From Solirubrobacterales bacterium (GTDB lineage: Bacteria > Actinomycetota > Thermoleophilia > Solirubrobacterales > Solirubrobacteraceae): 64,000 bases of DNA. The notes beneath the pieces were generated by a model that did not search any database, was not told the DNA's origin, and saw only the letters and a program-made list of their open reading frames with translations. Location: NCBI GenBank assembly GCA_038276395.1, contig JBBQAA010000044.1, positions 187-64,186 of the forward strand, in the 5' to 3' direction. Shown piece by piece: positions 54,199-62,952 of the stretch (position 1 is its first letter; each line of letters opens with the position of its first letter). The translations under genes and the position numbers were made by a program.

Positions 54199-55313
54199 CA
54201 GCAGATCCGCGGCAGGGGGTCGCCAACGAGTTGATCCATCACGCGGCGGCCGCCGAAGGCCGTCTCCACGAGCACCATCCCGGGCGGCTCGCGCTTGACC
54301 TCGCCGAACTCCACCGCCGCCTCGAAGCCGGGCACGGCGCGCAGGGCGGCGAGCGCGTCGGCCGCCGCCTCCGGTGCCACCGCGGCCACGAACTGGCCCT
54401 CGTTGGCCACGTACATCGGGTCGATCCCGAGGATCTCGGCCGCGCCGGCCACGGCGGGCCGCACGGGCACGTCGCCCTCGCGCACGACCATCGCCACCTC
54501 GGAGGCGCGCGCGAGCTCGTTCAGCACCGAGGCGACGCCGCCGCGGGTCGCGTCGCGCACGCAGTGGAGGTTCTCCCCGGCCGCGTCGAGCAGCGCGTCC
54601 ACGGCGGGCCACACCGGGCGGGTGTCCGACTCGATGTCGGACTCCAGGCCGAGGTCGCCGCGGGCGAGCATGATCGCCGTGCCGTGGTCGCCGATCGGCC
54701 CGGAGACGAGCAGGCGGTCGCCGGGTGTGAGCGCGCTCGGCGCCAGGCGCGCGCGCACGTCGCGGGCGCCGACGCCGGTGGTGCAGACGAACATCCCGTC
54801 CGCGTGGCCGCGCTCGACGACCTTGGTGTCGCCGGCCACGATCTCCACCCCCGCCGCCGCCGCCGCCGCCGCGATCGCCCCGACCTCGGCACGCAGCACA
54901 TCCGAGTCGAGGCCCTCCTCGAGGATCAGCGACAGCGTGAGCGCGAGCGGGCGGGCGCCGGAGACGGCGAGATCGTTCGCCGTGCCGTTGACGGCGAGCT
55001 CGCCGATTGACCCGCCGGGGAAGACGAGCGGCGTGACGACGAAGGAGTCGGTGGTCATCGCCAGCGCGACGCCGTCCACGGTGACCGCGCCCGCGTCGGC
55101 CATCTCGGCCAGGCCGCCGGAGGAGAGCGCCGGGACGAGCAGGCCCTCGATCAGCGTCTGGGTCGCCTTGCCCCCGGCGCCGTGGGACATCGTGATCTGC
55201 GGCTCGCGGAAGCGCGCGCGCTTGGCCCGCGCGGTCTCGATGATCCCGAGGATCTTCGCCTCGCGCCCTGTCGGGGGCGGGGCGGGGACGGTCCGCGGCG
55301 TCTCGGTGGCCAC
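54198..55313 (-). CDS. hypE: Hydrogenase maturation protein HypE
   Basis: AIR-synthase-like fold (HGAGG, DSFVV.P..FPGG.IG) and the C-terminal PRIC motif. GTG at 55313. Confidence 0.9.
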   Translation of the reverse strand: MATETPRTVPAPPPTGREAKILGIIETARAKRARFREPQITMSHGAGGKATQTLIEGLLVPALSSGGLAEMADAGAVTVDGVALAMTTDSFVVTPLVFPGGSIGELAVNGTANDLAVSGARPLALTLSLILEEGLDSDVLRAEVGAIAAAAAAAGVEIVAGDTKVVERGHADGMFVCTTGVGARDVRARLAPSALTPGDRLLVSGPIGDHGTAIMLARGDLGLESDIESDTRPVWPAVDALLDAAGENLHCVRDATRGGVASVLNELARASEVAMVVREGDVPVRPAVAGAAEILGIDPMYVANEGQFVAAVAPEAAADALAALRAVPGFEAAVEFGEVKREPPGMVLVETAFGGRRVMDQLVGDPLPRIC

Positions 55314-56428
55314 TACACCACCTCCCGCTCGCGGGCGAAGCGGCCGTAGTTGTAGTAGGCGGCGCAGGCGCCCTCCGGGGAGACCATGCACGTGCCGATC
55401 GCGTGCTCCGGCGTGCAGGCGGTGCCGAAGACCTTGCACTCCCAGGGCTTGATCACGCCCTTGAGCACCTCGCCGCACTGGCACGCCTTGGGGTCGGCGA
55501 CGCGCACGCCCGGCACCGAGTAGCGCACCTCGGCGTCGAAGTCGGCGTAGGCGTCGGAGAGCCGGAGCCCCGACTGGGAGATGAACCCGAGCCCGCGCCA
55601 CTCGAAGTGCGGGCGCACGGCGAAGACCTCGGCCATGACCTCGAGCGCGCGCAGGTTGCCCTCCTGGGGCACGACCCGCTTGTACTGGTTCTCGACCTCG
55701 CACCGCCCCTCGGCGATCTGCTTGAGGATCATGTGGATCGACTGGAGGATGTCGAGCGGCTCGAAGCCCGAGACGACGACCGGGCGGCCGTACTGGGCGG
55801 GGATGAAGCCGAGCGGCCGGGCCCCGACCACGGTGCACACGTGCCCCGGGCCGACGAAGCCGTCGAGCCGCAGGTCGGGCGATTCGAGCAGCGCGCGCAG
55901 CGGCGGCACGATCGTCACGTGGTTGCACATGCAGAGGAAGTTCGTGACCCCCTCGGCGCGGGCGCGCTTGAGCGTCAGCGCGGTCGACGGCGCCGTCGTC
56001 TCGAAGCCGATCGCGTAGAAGATGACGTCGCGCTCGGGGTTCGCCTTGGCGATCCGCAGCGCGTCGAGCGGCGAGTAGACCATCCGCACGTCGGCGCCCG
56101 AGGCCTTGGCGTCGAGCAGCGTGCGCTCCGAGCCCGGCACGCGCATCATGTCCCCGAAGCAGGTGAAGATGACGCCCGGCTGCTCGGCCAGGGCGATGGC
56201 GTCGTCGACCCGGCCCATGGGGATGACGCACACCGGGCAGCCGGGACCGTGGACGAGCTCGACGTTGGCCGGGAGCAGGTCGTCGATCCCGTACTTGTAG
56301 ATCGAGTGTGTGTGGCCGCCACACACCTCCATGACCTTGTAGTGGCGCCCGGGCTCGACGGTGGCGAGGATCTCCCCCGCGAGCGCGCGGCCGAGCTCGG
56401 CGTCGCGGTACTCGTCGACGTATCTCAC
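55313..56428 (-). CDS. hypD: Hydrogenase maturation protein HypD
   Basis: EVCGGHTH, GPGCPVCV and FETT motifs, with C-terminal Cys motifs. GTGA overlap upstream. Confidence 0.95.
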   Translation of the reverse strand: MRYVDEYRDAELGRALAGEILATVEPGRHYKVMEVCGGHTHSIYKYGIDDLLPANVELVHGPGCPVCVIPMGRVDDAIALAEQPGVIFTCFGDMMRVPGSERTLLDAKASGADVRMVYSPLDALRIAKANPERDVIFYAIGFETTAPSTALTLKRARAEGVTNFLCMCNHVTIVPPLRALLESPDLRLDGFVGPGHVCTVVGARPLGFIPAQYGRPVVVSGFEPLDILQSIHMILKQIAEGRCEVENQYKRVVPQEGNLRALEVMAEVFAVRPHFEWRGLGFISQSGLRLSDAYADFDAEVRYSVPGVRVADPKACQCGEVLKGVIKPWECKVFGTACTPEHAIGTCMVSPEGACAAYYNYGRFAREREVV

Positions 56429-56670
56429 GCCAGGGCTCCGACGCGCTGGAGCGCGACCCCGGCGTGGACGAGGACCTCGTCGCCCACGCCCGCGTCGACG
56501 AGCGCGATCTCCACCGACGAGCGTGTGCCCTCGGCGGTCTCGCACAGCGCGAGGCCTCGGTCCGCATCGATCGCCACGACGCGCATCGGCACGGCCTCGT
56601 CGCTGCACGTGATGCAGTGGTCGAGCGCGCACTCGGCACCGACGGGGGCGAGCGGCTCGGCCGGCGGCAT
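56425..56670 (-). CDS. HypC/HupF-family paralogue with N-terminal extension (Cys not at position 2)
   Basis: MPPAEPLAPVGAECALDHCITCSDEAVPMRVV...GDEVLVHAGVAL. The HypC OB-fold pattern is preceded by about 18 extra residues. Confidence 0.7.
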   Translation of the reverse strand: MPPAEPLAPVGAECALDHCITCSDEAVPMRVVAIDADRGLALCETAEGTRSSVEIALVDAGVGDEVLVHAGVALQRVGALA

Positions 56671-56951
56671 CACTCGATGACGCTCGCCTTCAGCTCCTCG
56701 AGCTCCTGCTCGTAGTCCTGGCCCATTCCCTGGAGCATGCGCAGCGTCGAGCGCGCCTCCTCCTCGTCCACTTTCGAGAGGGCGAAGCCGACGTGGATGA
56801 GGACCCAGTCGCCCTCCTCGATGCCGCCGCCGGGGTCGGAGTCGAGCAGGCCCACGTTGACCGTGCGGCGGACGCCCGCGACATCGACCTGCGCCAACCG
56901 TCGCTCGTCGTCGATGATCTCCAGGACCTGGCCCGGAATGGCCAAGCACAT
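56670..56951 (-). CDS. hypC: Hydrogenase assembly chaperone HypC
   Basis: MCLAIPGQVLEI...GDWVLIHVGFAL. SD is GGAGGGAGG. Confidence 0.9.
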   Translation of the reverse strand: MCLAIPGQVLEIIDDERRLAQVDVAGVRRTVNVGLLDSDPGGGIEEGDWVLIHVGFALSKVDEEEARSTLRMLQGMGQDYEQELEELKASVIE

Positions 56952-56977
56952 TGCGGGCCTCCCTCCGCCGGGTCGGA

Positions 56978-57006
56978 GGTATAGCGCGGACTGCCCGGCC
57001 GCGCAA
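56978..57006 (-). promoter_or_regulatory. Possible promoter of the hyp-hhy operon (TTGCGC-17 nt-TATACC)
   Basis: Read on the minus strand, about 27 nt upstream of the hypC ATG. It matches sigma-70-like hexamers only partly. Confidence 0.2.
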
Positions 57007-57021
57007 CCCTGCCGCGGAAAC

Positions 57022-58012
57022 CTAGAGCGCTCTGGCGTGCTTGCGCTCGTACATCGCCCGGTCGGCGGCGACGAAGGCGGCGTCCGGATCGGAGTGCTCC
57101 GCGTCCAGCCCGGCGAGGCCCCAGCTCGCGCGCAGCGGCGCGCCGCGGCCGGGGAGACGTGCAGGAGCAGGGCGGCGAACTCGTCGCCGCCGATCCGGGC
57201 GAGCATGTCGCTCGTGCGCAGCGCCGCCCGCATCGCCCCCGCCGCGCGGCGGAGGGCGCGGTCGCCCGCCTGGTGGCCCTCCGCGTCGTTGGTCGCCTTG
57301 AAGCCGTCGAGATCGAGGACGAGCAGCGCCGCCTGCTCGCCGTAGCGCTCGCAGCGGCGCGCCTGCTGGGCGAGCTCGGCCTCGAAGCTCCGGCGGTTCC
57401 ACAGGCCGGTCAGCGGGTCGGTGTCGGCCAGGTGCCGTAGCCGCTGCTCGAGCGACTTGCGCTCGGAGATGTCCTGGATCTGGGCGACGAAGTGGAGGGG
57501 CTCCCCGGCGCCGTCGCGCACGAGCGAGACCGCGAGCTGGAGCGACACGCCTCGCGCTCGGCGAGCGCCGCCGCGGCCTCCCGCTCGCGCGTGACCTCCC
57601 GGGCGACGGCGAGGACGCCGGGGATGACGCCCTCGTCCTCGGGGAGCGGGCAGAACCGGATCGTGAAAGTGCGTCCCGCGGTCAGCTCCGCCTCCCCGGT
57701 GCTCTCCTGCCCCGCGAGGGCGGCCTCGTAGGCGGCGAGTAGATCGAGCCGTCCGGCGGGGCGGAGGTAGGCGCGCGCGTCCTGGCCCTCGAGCTCGGCG
57801 GAGGAGAACGGCAGCGTGTCGAGCGCGGGCCCGTCGGCGAGCACGAAGCGCAGGGCGCGATCGGTCATGAACCCGATCGTCTCGGGCAGGGCGCGGGCCA
57901 GCAGGCGGTAGCCCTCGATCGTGGCCGGAAGCCCGCTCGGCGCCTCGGGCGGGGCGACCGCGCTCGGCTCGTGCTTCGGAGAGTCGGCTCCCGCGCCCAT
58001 TCGACCGTTCAT
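57022..58012 (-). pseudogene. PAS-GGDEF diguanylate cyclase gene disrupted by two frame changes and internal deletions
   Basis: The PAS part is in one frame (…TFTIRFCPLPEDEGVIPGVLAVAREVTRERE). The PAS tail plus GGDEF core is in a second (…HFVAQIQDISERK…DPLTGLWNRR…LDLDGFKATNDAEGHQAGD…RIGGDEFA). The GGDEF tail is in a third (…ADRAMYERKHA). Confidence 0.6.
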
Positions 58013-58046
58013 CGGCCCGATCGTCCACCCAGGTTGAGCGGCGGTG

Positions 58047-58769
58047 TCAATCCGTTGCCGCACTTTGCGCGGAGAGCAGGGCGGCCAGGGAGCGGCCGCT
58101 CAGGACCGAGTGCGGCTGCTCGGCGACCACGTCCGATCCCGGTCGCGCCGCCTCGTCCCGGCGCTTGACGAGCAGCCACCGAGGCTTCGGGCCCGCGCCG
58201 GTGCGCTGCAGCGCGAAGCCGCCGCGGAGCTTCTCCCCGTGCAGCACGAAGACGGCGTGCCCGCGCGCGAGCGCCTCGGGCCAGGGCACGCGCCCGCCCT
58301 GCTCGTAGTGTCCGCGATCCCAGACGATCACCCCGCCGCCGGCGGTCGGGCCCTCGAAATCGTTGTGGGCGAGCGAGTGGTCCTCGACCTGGACCGCCAG
58401 CCGCTTGACCGCGGGGTCGAGAGAGGGCCCCTTGGGCACCGCCCACGAGCGCATTTCGCCGTCGACCTCGAGGCGCACGTCGAAGTGGTGGGCGGTGGCG
58501 GCGTGCTCCTGGACGACGAAGACCCCCGCCGGCACCCCGCGAATCGCGAACTGCTCGTGGCCCTCTGGCTTCGCCGCTGCGACGGTGGCCCCGGGCAGGT
58601 CCCCGGCGAGCGCCTCGAGCGCACGCGGCTCCCCCTCCGCGTGGAACTCGAAGCCTCCCCCCGCCGTGGCCCGGACCCAGCCACGCAGCCCGAGCGCCAG
58701 GGCCCACTCGGTGAGCACGACGGCCGGCGGACCCGCCGCGGCCCTCACCCGGATCGCGCGCACAGGCAT
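58047..58769 (-). CDS. DNA ligase D 3'-phosphoesterase (LigD-PE) domain protein with a short N-terminal acylphosphatase-like segment
   Basis: FVVQEHAATAHHFDVRLE.DG...SWAVPKGPS.DP..KRLAV.VEDH......FEG...GGV.VWD.G.Y......F.LHGEKLRG.FAL. Confidence 0.75.
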   Translation of the reverse strand: MPVRAIRVRAAAGPPAVVLTEWALALGLRGWVRATAGGGFEFHAEGEPRALEALAGDLPGATVAAAKPEGHEQFAIRGVPAGVFVVQEHAATAHHFDVRLEVDGEMRSWAVPKGPSLDPAVKRLAVQVEDHSLAHNDFEGPTAGGGVIVWDRGHYEQGGRVPWPEALARGHAVFVLHGEKLRGGFALQRTGAGPKPRWLLVKRRDEAARPGSDVVAEQPHSVLSGRSLAALLSAQSAATD

Positions 58770-58877
58770 CCCCCGGGGTCCTGACACCGCCGTGAAAGAT
58801 TTCGCCGCTTCGGGACATCTCTCAGGGTTCTCAGGGTATGTGGGCAATAAGTTGTCGGCACGACCCATGGCACAGAA

Positions 58878-59921
58878 GTGACAGCCCTCACAACCATTCG
58901 TAACCGCCTGAGCGCGGGTAGGGAACGCCCCTGGCCGGTTTCCCGCCTGACGATGCTCGTCGTCGGCGGCGCCTTCCTGGCCGCAGCGATCTCGCTGCTC
59001 TGGGGAGCAAAGCTCCAGGCCGACCCGCAGGGATGGATGCGCTGGGGCAAGGAGCTGGCGGCCGGTGGCGGGGCCTTCGACACGACCTACTATCCGTCCT
59101 GGAAGCCGCTGCCGGTCCTCTTCACCGTGCCGCTCAGCTTCGCCCAGGGCGCCGGACCGGCCCTGTGGCTCGTCGTCCTGCGCGCGAGCGCCCTACTCGC
59201 GCTGGCGCTCCTCTTCCGCCTGGCCCGGGACCTCGGCGGGACCCTGGCCGGCGTCGTGGCCACGGTCTCCCTCTGCGCCGTCCCCGGCTGGGCCTCGCTG
59301 TCCTTCGGGGGCCACATCGAGCCGCTCCTGCTCCTGCTGCTCCTGCTCGCCGTCGAGCGCCACCGTGCCGGACGGCCCCTGCACGCGCTGGCCCTCGGCG
59401 TGCTCGTCGCCCTCGGCCGGGAGGAGGCCGCCATCTTCCTCGGGATCTACGGGATCGCCGTCGTGCGGGAGGACCGGCGGCTCTTGCCCTACGTCCTCGC
59501 CGCAGTGGCCCTCATCCCCCTGGCCTGGTTCGGCGGCGACTGGCTCGGGTCGGGCGACCCGCTGCGCGGCTCGACCTTGGCCAAGAACGCCACGGACACG
59601 ATCCGCCAGGCCTACCTCGGCAGCCCCCGACCCGTGCAGGCGGCAAACCAGGCGTTCGCGCTCTTCGTCCTGCCCGTCTGGCTCGCCGCCGCCTACGGCC
59701 TGACCGCCGCCTTGCGCCGCCGCCACACGCTGCTCCTGTGGCTGGCGTGGATCGGCGGGGCGTGGCTCGCCTTCGACGTCCTCATCACCCTCTTCGGCTA
59801 TCCCGCCGAAACCCGGTTCATGCTGCCCGCCGCGGGGCTCCTGGCCATCGTCGCGGGCGTCGGTGCGCAGCGGCTCACGGACTCGACACGGCGCTTCCTC
59901 TCACCCGGCGCGTTCGGCTGA
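58878..59921 (+). CDS. Polytopic membrane protein, possibly a GT-C-fold glycosyltransferase
   Basis: 347 aa with more than 8 predicted helices. I see no diagnostic motif. Confidence 0.5.
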   Translation: MTALTTIRNRLSAGRERPWPVSRLTMLVVGGAFLAAAISLLWGAKLQADPQGWMRWGKELAAGGGAFDTTYYPSWKPLPVLFTVPLSFAQGAGPALWLVVLRASALLALALLFRLARDLGGTLAGVVATVSLCAVPGWASLSFGGHIEPLLLLLLLLAVERHRAGRPLHALALGVLVALGREEAAIFLGIYGIAVVREDRRLLPYVLAAVALIPLAWFGGDWLGSGDPLRGSTLAKNATDTIRQAYLGSPRPVQAANQAFALFVLPVWLAAAYGLTAALRRRHTLLLWLAWIGGAWLAFDVLITLFGYPAETRFMLPAAGLLAIVAGVGAQRLTDSTRRFLSPGAFG

Positions 59922-61269
59922 GAAGCGTCGCGCCGCCGAGCCCCGAGCGGCCGGCGGCGACGAGGACGGTGATGAGCGCCGCGAGGTAGGCGAGCTGGCC
60001 GAGCAGGCGGTCCCCGTGGAGCAGGACCTCGAAGAACTGCACGTAGCCCGCGGCGGCGACGGCCAGCCAGCGGGCCTGGCCGGACAGCGCCGCGAGGGCG
60101 GCGAGCGAGAGCGCGTACCACGGCTGCACGGGGGTCGCGATGAGCAGCAGTGCGCCGAGCAGGAGGGCGGCCGTGGCCTCGGGCCGCGAGCGGGCGCGGG
60201 CGCTGCGCAGGACCCCCGCGACGACGAGCGCGAGCAGGGCGGCGGCGATGACCTGGGCGGTCGTGCCGGTGATCCCCACGAGGTCGAGCAGGCGGAAGCG
60301 ACTCCCGCGCGAGTACCCCTCCTCCTGTAGGTAGTCGGGTAGGTAGCCGAGCACCTTGACGCCGACCGAGAGCACGTGGGGCACGTAGGCGATGACGACG
60401 ACGGCCGCCCACGCGAGGATCCCGCGGCGGCGGTCGCGCCCCACCCACAGCGGGAGGAGCAGCGCGGGGTAGAGCTTCACGAGGGTCGCGACCCCGAGCA
60501 CGGCGCCCGCGAGCCCCGGGCGGCGGCGCAGCAGCGCCAGCGCTCCGAGCACGGTGAGCGCGGCCAGGCCGTCGACGTGGCCGTTCTGCGTGGCCTCGAG
60601 CACCGCGACCGGACTCCAGGCGTAGAGCACGAGGAGGCGCGGGTCGCGCCGCTGGCTGCGCAGGAGGGCGAGCAGGACGGCGAGCAGCGCGAGGTCGAGG
60701 AGCAGCCCGGCGATCTGCCACGAGCGCTCCCGGCCGGAGGACCCGGCCGCCGTGGTGACGGCCACGAACCACGCCTGCGCGACGGGCGGGTAGATCGTCC
60801 GCGCGTCGCGGCGGTCGATGAGGGTGCAGCCGGGCGGCTTGAGCTGTGCGGCGCAGCCCGCCGGCCCCGGCCAGAGCCAGGGGTCGCGCAGCCTGGCGAG
60901 CCGCGGGGAGTCCGGCGGGTAGCGGTAGGGATCGATCCCGGCGGCCTGGACGCGGCCGTCCCACGCGTAGCGCTCGAGGTCGCGGGAGAGCCGCGGGGAG
61001 TCGGCCAGCGCCGCGAGGCGCATGGCCACGGCGAGCACGAGCACGAGGATCACCGCGGGCCGCCGGGGCGCGCGCAGCACGCACGCGGCCGCGACGGCGA
61101 AGAGCGGCCACCAGACGGCCACGGGCCAGGCGGACCCCCAGCCGTCCTGGCCGAGGATCGGCCCGGTCGACTCGATCAGCGCGACGGCGACACACGCCGC
61201 CCCGCTCACCGCGGCGGCGATGAAGAACCGCGTCTCGCGGGTACCGGGAAGGCGGGCGGACGGTCCCAT
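59875..61269 (-). CDS. DUF2029/GT87-like polyprenol-phosphate-mannose-dependent glycosyltransferase
   Basis: Polytopic. Y.W....AG..PY.Y.P......R.......YPP.AQ and LVK.YPALLLP are typical of the family. Confidence 0.6.
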   Translation of the reverse strand: MGPSARLPGTRETRFFIAAAVSGAACVAVALIESTGPILGQDGWGSAWPVAVWWPLFAVAAACVLRAPRRPAVILVLVLAVAMRLAALADSPRLSRDLERYAWDGRVQAAGIDPYRYPPDSPRLARLRDPWLWPGPAGCAAQLKPPGCTLIDRRDARTIYPPVAQAWFVAVTTAAGSSGRERSWQIAGLLLDLALLAVLLALLRSQRRDPRLLVLYAWSPVAVLEATQNGHVDGLAALTVLGALALLRRRPGLAGAVLGVATLVKLYPALLLPLWVGRDRRRGILAWAAVVVIAYVPHVLSVGVKVLGYLPDYLQEEGYSRGSRFRLLDLVGITGTTAQVIAAALLALVVAGVLRSARARSRPEATAALLLGALLLIATPVQPWYALSLAALAALSGQARWLAVAAAGYVQFFEVLLHGDRLLGQLAYLAALITVLVAAGRSGLGGATLLSRTRRVRGSAVSSP

Positions 61270-61339
61270 GCGCCGGGCACGCTAGGCCGCCAACCGTTAC
61301 GGCAGGATGAAGCCGCATGGAGGCGAGGAGCCCCGAGGT

Positions 61340-61475
61340 GCCGGTGCGCGTGGTCTTCGGCGGCCTTCAGCACATCTCGTGGATCACGAGCGTCTACCTC
61401 CTCGCCAGACCGGGGTCACGCCATCTACGGGAAGCTCGGAGGCTCTACGAGCCCAAGCGCATTCTGGCGGTCGTC
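61340..61475 (+). pseudogene. Remnant of an MFS transporter N-terminus (frameshifted, truncated)
   Basis: LQHISWITSVYLLA, then IYGKLGG in another frame, then LYEPKRIL. This matches the conserved MFS drug-exporter segment W....Y.L.......GKL.D.YGRKR. Confidence 0.35.
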
Positions 61476-61633
61476 GCGCAGCTCGAACAGGAGTGCCTGG
61501 TCGAGCGCTCGGGCGGCGTGATGTAGGACGGGTCGGACGGAACGTGGTTCCGGCCACCGCGGCGCTCATCATCGTCGGCTCGTTCCAAGGAGTCGATGAG
61601 ATAGGAGGCCGTCGATGGCCGGAGCAGAGAGGA

Positions 61634-62057
61634 TGACGATCGAGGAGGTCGTCCGGAAGGTGCTGGCAGAGGAGCCTGTGGACGTGATCCGGGACTCGGT
61701 GCGGGCGGTCGCCGCTGAGCTGATGAGGTCGAGGTCTCCCGGCTGATCGGTGCCGGGCACGGCGAGCGAACCGAGGATCGGGCGACGCATCGCAATGGCT
61801 ATCGGCCGCGGCGGTGGGACACGCGGGCGGGGGAGATCGAGTTGCAGATCCCCAAGCTCCGGCAGGGGAGCTATTTCCCGGGGTTCCTGACTCCGCGCAA
61901 GCGCTCGGAGCAGGCGCTCGTGAGGGTGGTCCAGTGCGGGGTCTCGACCCGCCGGATCGATCAGCTCGTCGAGAGCCTCGGCCTGAGGATCTCCACCACT
62001 GCGGCCGCGCGCCGCGGAATAAGGGGGCGCTACGCGGTTCGACCCTCCGTGGGTTGA
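61634..62057 (+). mobile_element. IS256-family (Mutator-type) transposase remnant: N-terminal about 140 aa only, one frameshift
   Basis: MTIEEVVRKVLAEEPVDVIRDSVRAVAAELM / EVSRLIGAGHGERTEDRATHRNGYRPRRWDTRAGEIELQIPKLRQGSYFPGFLTPRKRSEQALVRVV..GVSTRRIDQLVESLGL. It then diverges and stops. The DDE domain is absent. Confidence 0.7.
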
Positions 62058-62372
62058 GGAGATCGTGGCGGTCATGCGAGCCGTCGGCGCTTCGCTTGAT
62101 GGCGGCTCGGCGCGGCTCGATCATCGTGAGGTGCGGAGGGGGCGGCAAGCGCCGCGAGGTCGGGATGGACGGCCGCACGGATTCGAGCGCTTCGGCCCCG
62201 ACACGAACCTGGGTCGACGCGAACACCCGAGCACAAGCCCTAGCGGCGCGCCTGCGAGCGCGCTACGCGACGACAGCCCGCCAACCCTCGATTTACGTGA
62301 GGGTTCGATCGTCGTCCCATCAACTCCATCTTCGAATCGCCCATTGCGCCACGTCGGTCAGGGGGCGTTTCG

Positions 62373-62864
62373 TCAGGGGCTGGCGGAGGGTGCGGTCGGT
62401 GGCCGCGGTCGCTGGCCGCGGATGGTGTCGGTGTCGTTCAGCTTCACGAGCAGCTCGCGTAGCTGCGCGAACTGCTCTGGTCCGAGTTCTGTTTCGAGGT
62501 CGGCTTCGATCTTGCGGACGGCCTCGCGGATGGTCTGCGCGACCGCAAATCCCCGTTTGGTGAAGTAGATCCGTTTGGATCGCTGGTCGGCGGGGTCGTC
62601 CTCGCGAGTGAGATAGTCGAGCTGTTCGAGTTGTCCGAGGAGGTAGCCCATAGCCTGCCTGGTCATTCCGGCGCCGGCGGCACAGTCGGAGGGGCGCCGG
62701 CCGTCGGGGGGCGGGTAGCGGAAGACGGCGAAGTGCGCGGGCACGATGTCGGTGAAGCCGGCGTCGTGGAGGTCGGCGACCATCCGGGCGCGGATCGTGT
62801 CGAGCGGTGCTCGAAGGAGTGCGCCGATCAGCGGCGGTCCGATGGGGGACTCGAAGTCGTTCAT
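62373..62864 (-). CDS. MarR-family transcriptional regulator
   Basis: Winged-helix segment ...AAGAGMTRQAMGYLLGQLEQLDYLTREDDPADQRSKRIYFTKRG. ATG at 62864. Confidence 0.85.
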   Translation of the reverse strand: MNDFESPIGPPLIGALLRAPLDTIRARMVADLHDAGFTDIVPAHFAVFRYPPPDGRRPSDCAAGAGMTRQAMGYLLGQLEQLDYLTREDDPADQRSKRIYFTKRGFAVAQTIREAVRKIEADLETELGPEQFAQLRELLVKLNDTDTIRGQRPRPPTAPSASP

Positions 62865-62865
62865 A

Positions 62866-62920
62866 AAGTCGCTTGACAATATCAGAGCGAGCGACTACGG
62901 TTGTCAAATCGCTTGACAAT
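62866..62920. promoter_or_regulatory. Probable MarR operator: direct repeat AA(G/A)TCGCTTGACAAT x2 plus the inverted TTGTCAA
   Basis: The copies are at 62866..62880 and 62906..62920 (14/15 identical), with TTGTCAA at 62901..62907. They lie in the 88-nt divergent region between marR and the cupin gene. Confidence 0.45.
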
Positions 62921-62952
62921 CTACGATCCCGTTCAGCGGGAAAGGAAGCCAG

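Noticed and set aside
61384-62226. 280-aa minus-strand ORF across the IS256 remnant.
   Set aside because: It lies antisense to clearly recognisable IS256 transposase segments. The translation is low complexity and Arg/Pro/Ser-rich.
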